From positions 27,330 through 91,329 of IMG/VR virus record IMGVR_UViG_2890766748_000002: a DNA stretch of 64,000 bases; one strand, written 5' to 3'. This DNA comes from a virus (lineage: Duplodnaviria; Caudoviricetes). The stretch's first letter is position 1. Each line of letters begins with the position of its first letter. The notes beneath the pieces were generated by a model. It was not told the DNA's origin. It made no database searches and was given only the letters and a program-made list of their open reading frames with translations. Of this stretch, positions 58,075-64,000 are shown in pieces. The position numbers and the translations under genes are program-made.

Positions 58075-58846
58075 TGGTAACGGGTTGTTCTTCGATTTTT
58101 TTCCTAATCCAGTTGTAGCAATGGCTTTTGGCTTCACCCCAGATCCGGGCTCGCTGGTTCTGGGCGATGGTTTGTTCGGCGAAAAACCGCCCGATCATGC
58201 TGATGATTTTTGCGGTATCGTACTCCCCGGCAGCGTCTTTGACGCCCAGCGCCCGAGCGGTTGTTCGCACGAATTCCGAATCGGCCTGAAGGCGGGTTTC
58301 GTGTTCGCTTAAAATTTCGGACAACTCATCGGGGGAAGAGGGGGGCCGCGCAACGGGGGTGATAGGGGGCGAAGTGGCCTGTGGGTCTACCGGCAAATTT
58401 TCGCCTTCGCGCGTTTTAACATCATCAACAACATCTTCTATTATATTACTATTAAGTACTATACTATTAGGAGCGTTACTAACGCGGTTGTAACGCGTTA
58501 CATCTTTCGTATCTTGCTTATTTTCACGGTGTTGTGAAACTCGAATCTTCGTATTTTCTCGTTTTTTGTCGAAAGTTTCGAGATAGTTTGTCAGTCTTTT
58601 GTTGGAAGTTTCACCATTCGACGATGATATGAGCCCGATTTCTTCCAGAAAACTCCAGCATTTTTCAAGGCGTCTCCCCACTTCAAGCTGACGTTTCAGC
58701 ACGATGGTTTTAACCGGTTTTTCCTGTGCCGCCAGCTTTTCAAGTACCGTATAGAATAGACCTAGCCCCTCGTAACCGTACCGCATATAGAGTTCGGTTA
58801 TCTTCTCGTCTTGGAAAGCGTTCGTATCGTGCAGGAAGTATTTCAC
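57938..58846 (-). CDS. Replication initiator (DUF4373/Lin1244-like N-terminus)
   Basis: YFLHDTNA..DEKI..L...G.EGLGLFY..LE; internal palindromes. Confidence 0.75.
   Translation of the reverse strand: MKYFLHDTNAFQDEKITELYMRYGYEGLGLFYTVLEKLAAQEKPVKTIVLKRQLEVGRRLEKCWSFLEEIGLISSSNGETSNKRLTNYLETFDKKRENTKIRVSQHRENKQDTKDVTRYNRVSNAPNSIVLNSNIIEDVVDDVKTREGENLPVDPQATSPPITPVARPPSSPDELSEILSEHETRLQADSEFVRTTARALGVKDAAGEYDTAKIISMIGRFFAEQTIAQNQRARIWGEAKSHCYNWIRKKIEEQPVTNEQRTYHSANSQSVARSGSPRATKALAITTDDELLDYMQNGQESG
58438..58502. other. Putative replication origin inside the initiator gene
   Basis: Palindrome TGTAACGCGTTACA (58489-58502), GCGTTACTAACGC (58473-58485), AT-rich CTATT repeats. Confidence 0.55.
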
Positions 58847-59016
58847 CGGCTTTTATTTGAATGGTCAGGTATGATGCAGATGGCCAGCACCGCCAGAAAC
58901 AGGCAACCGGTCCATAGGGGCAATTCGTCGGTACGGTGGGTTCGGTAAGCCTCGATTCGCACCGACAGGCAGACGAGGATCACAAGAATGGTCAGCATGA
59001 CTAAAAGGGTTTTCAT
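58843..59016 (-). CDS. Small two-TM protein
   Basis: Manual translation MKTLLVMLTILVILVCL...; GTGA overlap with the initiator. Confidence 0.55.
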   Translation of the reverse strand: MKTLLVMLTILVILVCLSVRIEAYRTHRTDELPLWTGCLFLAVLAICIIPDHSNKSR

Positions 59017-59123
59017 GATCACTGAGCGGGTTTAGGAGTGACTACAGGGATGGGATCGACCGGATCGAAAATGAGAATGCCGGGCTCGGGCTGGTAGATG
59101 ACGACCGTCGGATGCTCCATAAC

Positions 59124-59360
59124 TTACCGGGTGAAATAGGCCAGCGCAACACAGAAGAGCAGGGCGGCAAGGCCTCCGGCAAGCAGGATCAGGCTGTCCT
59201 GTACCCACAGCCGCAGTGACCGCAGACGTTTCAGGATACGCGTTTGCTTTTCCAGTTTCAGGCTATCCCACCAGGTCAGAAAGATGGCCAAGCCGGTGGA
59301 GCTGGTGAGTGCGGAGCCGAACAACAGACCGGCAGCTTGAAAGGCGATAGAAGTGGTCAT
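59124..59360 (-). CDS. Small two-TM protein
   Basis: Hydrophobic 78-aa ORF, ATGA coupling. Confidence 0.55.
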   Translation of the reverse strand: MTTSIAFQAAGLLFGSALTSSTGLAIFLTWWDSLKLEKQTRILKRLRSLRLWVQDSLILLAGGLAALLFCVALAYFTR

Positions 59361-59542
59361 GACTTATGAAGTTGAGTAGTGATGCGTTTGCGTACCTTGT
59401 CGACGTGCTGCAGCTCGCCGAGGCTGATGCCGGCCGATTGCCGGATGAACTTCCGGTAGCGGAGTTCTTCGCTGGACATCTCCAGCAGCTTTTCGATGAC
59501 CTCAGCGTCACGGGCTGATAGTTCCAGAATGACCTTTTTCAT
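59357..59542 (-). CDS. Small hypothetical protein
   Basis: 61-aa ORF. Confidence 0.55.
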   Translation of the reverse strand: MKKVILELSARDAEVIEKLLEMSSEELRYRKFIRQSAGISLGELQHVDKVRKRITTQLHKS

Positions 59543-59550
59543 CGTGGCTA

Positions 59551-59880
59551 TCAGGCTTTGGCCGGTGGGAAATGGGACAGAAAATACTCCAGCTCATCCG
59601 GGAAAATGCGGACTCCCCGATCGACAATCCCGGCCGCAGGCTTGAGGAAGATGTGTTTTTTCCCTCCGTTGATCGGACGGCCTTTGTGAATCCAGTTGTA
59701 CACCGTATCAGGCGAAAAGCTGGTGAGAAAGGCCACATCCTCCACATCGTACAGCAGCTTCTGGCGAATGGCCGAAAGGCGGGTCAATTGCTTGATTTCA
59801 GCCAGCTCTTTGGCGATGTCAGGCGTTTCCATGCGTGGTGTTGGTTTGGGTAATAGCTCCCTAGCGAGTCTGGTTTCCAT
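59551..59880 (-). CDS. Excisionase-like winged-HTH protein
   Basis: LYDVEDVAFLTSFSPDTVYNWIHKG. Confidence 0.7.
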   Translation of the reverse strand: METRLARELLPKPTPRMETPDIAKELAEIKQLTRLSAIRQKLLYDVEDVAFLTSFSPDTVYNWIHKGRPINGGKKHIFLKPAAGIVDRGVRIFPDELEYFLSHFPPAKA

Positions 59881-59909
59881 CTTATTTGACCGTCGTATAA
59901 GTAACTTGC

Positions 59910-59946
59910 TCAAATGTCAAATTAATTTGAACAATATGCAAGTTAA
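59910..59946 (-). promoter_or_regulatory. Conserved promoter/operator, copy 2
   Basis: 34/37 identical to 18181-18217. Confidence 0.75.
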
Positions 59947-60066
59947 TGGTCAAAAAAATATTTGCGAGTTGTTCAAGTTATTCAACCTGGAATTGGACAC
60001 GGGAGGTATTTAGCAGGAGGATTCGTGCCTATTTTTGGGCATTTTGAAGAACCATTTACTAAAAAA

Positions 60067-60342
60067 TCACAAAGCCATGGCTCCTTTTTTTATTAAAAGC
60101 TTAGTGCGCTCATTTTTTTGAACCAATGCGCTTTGTGCATCATGTATTGCATTGATTATCAATAACTCACTACTTGGGGATACAGGCGTTCCAACCGCGA
60201 AAGCACGGAGGGTTTCGTGGGAAATTCCTTGGCAATGCTTCATAACCTCAGCCCTGCCGAGGGATTCTAATGCCGCTTGGTAGTAGGAGTAACTCTCTGG
60301 GTTACTCTGTACGGGACCTGGGTTTGTTTTTGTTCGCGCCAT
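60067..60342 (-). CDS. Cro-like regulator
   Basis: Small HTH-like protein divergent from the repressor. Confidence 0.55.
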   Translation of the reverse strand: MARTKTNPGPVQSNPESYSYYQAALESLGRAEVMKHCQGISHETLRAFAVGTPVSPSSELLIINAIHDAQSALVQKNERTKLLIKKGAMAL

Positions 60343-60463
60343 GTTTGTATATTACTTGAAAGATATTCAAATGAATTATTGACCGTTCACATAGAATGTT
60401 AGCAAATATTACAAATTTCTTGCAAACATTTGCAGGTGAACGTCAAAAAAAATAACTACAACC

Positions 60464-61717
60464 GTGACGTTTGCCGAAAAAATGATTTTAGCTCAGTCTC
60501 ATTATGATTGGTCTCCAGTGGAGATGGCAGAACAGTTACGGGTTCCTGTTGAGGTTATTCAAGGGTTGGAGTCTGGGAAGATGCTCCCAGATGGGGATTT
60601 TATCGAGAGAATATCGCTATTGACCGGCACCAACTCTTCCGACTGGCTCAATAATGAAGTCGATTTGCCCAGATTACCATCATACAATCTTTTTGACCCG
60701 CCGACTCTTCATGCAAAAACAGACGAAGAGGCAAAGAGGTATAGGCTGAGAAAGTTAATTAGCCATTTTGACCAAGGGGAGCAGCGGTCATTTGCTGAGC
60801 GAATTGGGCTGAGAGAAGACTTTCTGAGTAAAATGCTCTCAGAAAAATCACGTGAAAAGATAACAAACAGGACATTAATTAAAATCGCCAAGCATACAGG
60901 AGCTTCTTTTGAGTGGCTTTCTTCAGGCGTTGGACCCTGGCTGAAATCGAATAAAAATTCTCAGGTAAGTGACCATGAAGGTCGAGCATTAAAGCAATAT
61001 CTAGAAGTAAACAACATAACGTTAGAAGCGGCTGGGGAGGCTATTGGTAAGGTTCGCAGCAATGTTTCCTATTACATCGGAAAGGAGAAGTTGGGAGATA
61101 AGGTATGGCAAATGTTATCCGAAAGTCCCTTACAGATCACGCGTGAAAAAGTAATGAACAAACAACAAATCCAGAAAAATGACACCACAAACACCCGTTC
61201 AACTATGTATTATCGAAACCAATTATCAGGCTCTGTCATTGACGATCCAAGAAACCATTACCATAAAGCCGAACCTATCCCCTTAGAAGAAACCTATATA
61301 GAACTGCCATATTTGCCACAGACCGCCAGAGCGGGTTTGGATGCGGAAAGATATTGGCAGATGCCCCAAGAGACCATACGGGTCAGAGCGTCCGCAATTC
61401 CACCAGGAATGGAGAAAAAGGAATGGTGGATTATAAAAATTGACGGCGACTCAATGGAGCCTCAGCTCATTTCAGGTGCAAAGGTTTTAGCATACAGGGT
61501 TGAGCACGATTCGTTTCGCTTAATCCGGCCTCAGGTTTTGGCAGTTCAATATGGCGAGGAGGTAGTAGTTAAACGAATCGTAGAGAATCAATATGAAGAG
61601 AAGAGAGGCTTTATGCTGCACTCCGATAACCCTCCACCTAATCCGTATTTCGTCAAGGCTGATGACATAAAGCAAATATGGGTAATTGTAAAAATTTATG
61701 ATGCCCCAGTAAGGTAA
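60464..61717 (+). CDS. CI-like repressor: three XRE HTH domains plus S24 peptidase
   Basis: IDGDSMEP (Ser) and VVVKR (Lys); three HTH-like blocks. Confidence 0.85.
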   Translation: MTFAEKMILAQSHYDWSPVEMAEQLRVPVEVIQGLESGKMLPDGDFIERISLLTGTNSSDWLNNEVDLPRLPSYNLFDPPTLHAKTDEEAKRYRLRKLISHFDQGEQRSFAERIGLREDFLSKMLSEKSREKITNRTLIKIAKHTGASFEWLSSGVGPWLKSNKNSQVSDHEGRALKQYLEVNNITLEAAGEAIGKVRSNVSYYIGKEKLGDKVWQMLSESPLQITREKVMNKQQIQKNDTTNTRSTMYYRNQLSGSVIDDPRNHYHKAEPIPLEETYIELPYLPQTARAGLDAERYWQMPQETIRVRASAIPPGMEKKEWWIIKIDGDSMEPQLISGAKVLAYRVEHDSFRLIRPQVLAVQYGEEVVVKRIVENQYEEKRGFMLHSDNPPPNPYFVKADDIKQIWVIVKIYDAPVR

Positions 61718-61742
61718 GTATTAGTTTAAACTCAACTTGTAT

Positions 61743-62168
61743 ATGAAAAACCTATTCAACCACTTTTTTGTCCTTCTTTTTGTATTTTCTCTGGTTGGTT
61801 GCGGAAAGGAAGCCGAAAAAGAGGCCGAGATTGATCCTGATTTTACTAAAGGATTAACAGGAAAATACGCAATAACCTCCTATACAGAAGGGAAAACGAC
61901 ATTGACTTTTCCCCAGCCTGGCGCAAATGGAGAGATGCTGGTAGAAAAGATAGACAACACTCACGTTAGTATTTTCCCCACTATCACTGTTGGAACAGTA
62001 AGTCTTTTTGAATTCGATAAGGTTTCTGTTGAACTGAAACACGAATCCGGAAATACGTTTGGAATCTACAACAGTGGCACGAAATACGGCACAATATCTC
62101 CGACCGCAGTTTTGATTTCTGATACCTCGTTAGATGGTACATTTTTCGAGTTAAAAGGCAAGCGATAG
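61743..62168 (+). CDS. Lipoprotein, superinfection-exclusion candidate
   Basis: SLVG-C lipobox plus KEAEKE; lies between repressor and integrase. Confidence 0.7.
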   Translation: MKNLFNHFFVLLFVFSLVGCGKEAEKEAEIDPDFTKGLTGKYAITSYTEGKTTLTFPQPGANGEMLVEKIDNTHVSIFPTITVGTVSLFEFDKVSVELKHESGNTFGIYNSGTKYGTISPTAVLISDTSLDGTFFELKGKR

Positions 62169-62180
62169 AACCAATCACTT

Positions 62181-62217
62181 ATGGAAATATCTCGCTACAT
62201 CCGATCGGACCGGGTGG
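62181..62217 (+). repeat. Perfect 37-bp copy of the integrase 5' end (62702-62738)
   Basis: ATGGAAATATCTCGCTACATCCGATCGGACCGGGTGG at both sites. Confidence 0.97.
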
Positions 62218-62248
62218 GTTGCAAAATTTCAGACGAACGATCGAAAAG

Positions 62249-62506
62249 ATGAAGATAACCATTACTACTACCTATAATGGCCGTCAATACGATGGCCTTA
62301 GGAGCGCAATTAAAGACTCAATCGTCGATCGAATTAACGAACGTGTACAAGCCAAATTGGAGCCTTTTAAATCGGAACTAAGCCAATTTCCAGCCGGAAG
62401 CATTACGGTCGATGTGGCCGAAGACCTCAGTAGTTATACCATAAAATACAAGGATTTACCGGACGAATTGGTAGAACGGATTATAAATTCGACACAACCA
62501 GATTGA
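62249..62506 (+). CDS. Small hypothetical protein in the 521-bp insert
   Basis: MKITITTTYNG..., 85 aa. Confidence 0.65.
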   Translation: MKITITTTYNGRQYDGLRSAIKDSIVDRINERVQAKLEPFKSELSQFPAGSITVDVAEDLSSYTIKYKDLPDELVERIINSTQPD

Positions 62507-62648
62507 CGTTGGATTCGTTGATTTCGCAGACCAGTCGTTTTATAGCTTCAATGTGCTTATCAATTTCTTGCGCCTTCTTCTGAATTAAATCTAATTCAAG
62601 AGTGTCGATTTTTACACTTGCGATGCGGGTATTTGCTACTTGCGACAT
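62481..62648 (-). CDS. Small coiled-coil protein, convergent, in the insert
   Basis: MSQVANTRIASVKIDT..., 55 aa. Confidence 0.55.
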   Translation of the reverse strand: MSQVANTRIASVKIDTLELDLIQKKAQEIDKHIEAIKRLVCEINESNVNLVVSNL

Positions 62649-62701
62649 GGTGATTTTCGTTTGAAACGTTCTAAGCAAATATAATCAAACAGTAAACAAC
62701 A

Positions 62702-64000
62702 ATGGAAATATCTCGCTACATCCGATCGGACCGGGTGGATAAGGAAGGATTTTGCCAAATTCATTTCCGTGTCTGCTGGTCTCAGCGGAAAATCAGGTTC
62801 AGCTCCGGACAGGTGGTCAAACCCGACGAGATCATTGAACTGACCGAATCGATCAAAGACCCGCTAACCGGTAGAAAAAAGGAACGCAAAAAGCTCCAGA
62901 CCAAAAACCGGAAAGTAAATAGGATACTCGATACGTATTCCGATTGCCTTTATGATTATTTCGATGGATTTACCGGCATACCTACCGAGGCCCAGGTACA
63001 GGCTGAGGTCGAGCGCATACGGATTGAGGAATTAAATCAGGCTCCAAAACCGGTAAAAGCTCCGGATCCGGAACCTGAGCCAGAACCGGAACAGATTCGT
63101 TTTTATACTTTCTGGGATCAATTTATTTCGGAGCACCGGGCGATCAAGTCCCACAACTATATTCGGCATTTCATTCCGGTAAGAGACCACCTAAAAAGGT
63201 TCTCTCCAGAGTTGGACTTCCATGATGTAACGACGCAGTTTGCGAACCGATTCATTCAGTATATGATGTCGACCGGCGTCACGGACGATACGGCCTACAA
63301 TGCGTTAAAAAAGGTCAGAGCGGTCATGAAATACGCCCGGAAGTGCGGACTCAACGTGCCCGGCGATTTTGAAGACTTTCCAACCTACCGGTCGATCGTT
63401 CAACGGGAAGCCCTGAAATGGGATGAGGTCATAAAATTACAGGCGGCAGATCTTCCGGATTACCTCGCCAGACAACGGGACGTTTTTCTATTCCAGTGTT
63501 TTACTGGTCTCCGCTGGAGCGATCTGCCTCACGCCCGGCCGGGGAACCTCATCGAGATGCAGGGCGAAGACAACGAGGTGGCACCGGTGCTCCGGTTGGT
63601 GCAGCAGAAGGGTAGGAGGGAAAACCTTTTGCCGCTTTCGGAGCTGGCCATTGAAATTCTCAATAAGTACAATGGTAAGTTGCCCCTGATCACCAGTCAG
63701 AATTATAACGAGTACATCAAGGAAGCTGCTAAAAGAGCGGGATTAAATCGCCGGGTGATCGATACCCAGTACCGAAACGGCCAGCGGTTTGACGAAGAAT
63801 ATTTTTTACATGAATACATTTCTTCCCATACCGGACGTCATACCTTTGCCATGATCAGCCTGGAGCGCAAGATTGACATTACGGATTTAAGCGGACTGAT
63901 GGGTCACGGCAGCATTGAAACTACGATGATTTACCGAACGCTGCGGGGAGAGGATAAGATAAAAGTGGTTAAAAAGGCCTGGGGTAAAAATGCTATTTGA
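62702..64000 (+). CDS. int: Tyrosine integrase (prophage B)
   Basis: Arm-binding N-terminus, FTGLRWSD, SSHTGRHTF, MGHGSIETTMIY. Confidence 0.95.
   Translation: MEISRYIRSDRVDKEGFCQIHFRVCWSQRKIRFSSGQVVKPDEIIELTESIKDPLTGRKKERKKLQTKNRKVNRILDTYSDCLYDYFDGFTGIPTEAQVQAEVERIRIEELNQAPKPVKAPDPEPEPEPEQIRFYTFWDQFISEHRAIKSHNYIRHFIPVRDHLKRFSPELDFHDVTTQFANRFIQYMMSTGVTDDTAYNALKKVRAVMKYARKCGLNVPGDFEDFPTYRSIVQREALKWDEVIKLQAADLPDYLARQRDVFLFQCFTGLRWSDLPHARPGNLIEMQGEDNEVAPVLRLVQQKGRRENLLPLSELAIEILNKYNGKLPLITSQNYNEYIKEAAKRAGLNRRVIDTQYRNGQRFDEEYFLHEYISSHTGRHTFAMISLERKIDITDLSGLMGHGSIETTMIYRTLRGEDKIKVVKKAWGKNAI

Larger units (their letters stand above)
12790..64000. mobile_element. Prophage B, temperate siphovirus-like, ~51 kb (right att outside window)
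   Basis: TerS/TerL, tape measure, tail, portal, scaffold, capsid, lysis, replication, Cro/CI and integrase modules are all present. Confidence 0.9.

Noticed and set aside
63060-63092. CCGGA(T/A)-type microrepeat in integrase B
   Set aside because: Encodes a PDPEPEPEPE interdomain linker; ordinary low complexity

Overview
The window looks like two tandem Bacteroidota-type (probably Cytophagales; inferred) prophages joined at a tRNA-derived att core (~12790-12802). Prophage A (1-~12800, partial) shows a tape measure gene, one tail gene, AT-rich cargo (paralogous lipoprotein pair, PD-(D/E)xK-like and HEPN-like proteins) and a tyrosine integrase. Prophage B (~12800-64000, apparently near-complete siphovirus) carries a Dam-type methylase, a leftward small-gene operon, terminases, tail genes placed before the portal/capsid genes, a lysis cassette, a defence-like cargo island (HEPN, HNH), an SNF2-methylase fusion, replication genes, Cro/CI and a second integrase ending at the window edge. 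Most notable: (1) a GH73 endolysin split from its signal-peptide/coiled-coil half by a single in-frame amber codon; (2) cargo genes bracketed by duplicated ends of core phage genes (tail gene 3' end in three copies; a perfect 37-bp copy of the integrase 5' end), plus a repeated start-associated linker between small genes, which suggests cassette-like gene accretion; (3) a CI repressor with three HTH domains; (4) a perfect 66-bp palindrome; (5) several structured RNA/DNA elements. All product calls come from motif recognition by eye; no database searches were run.
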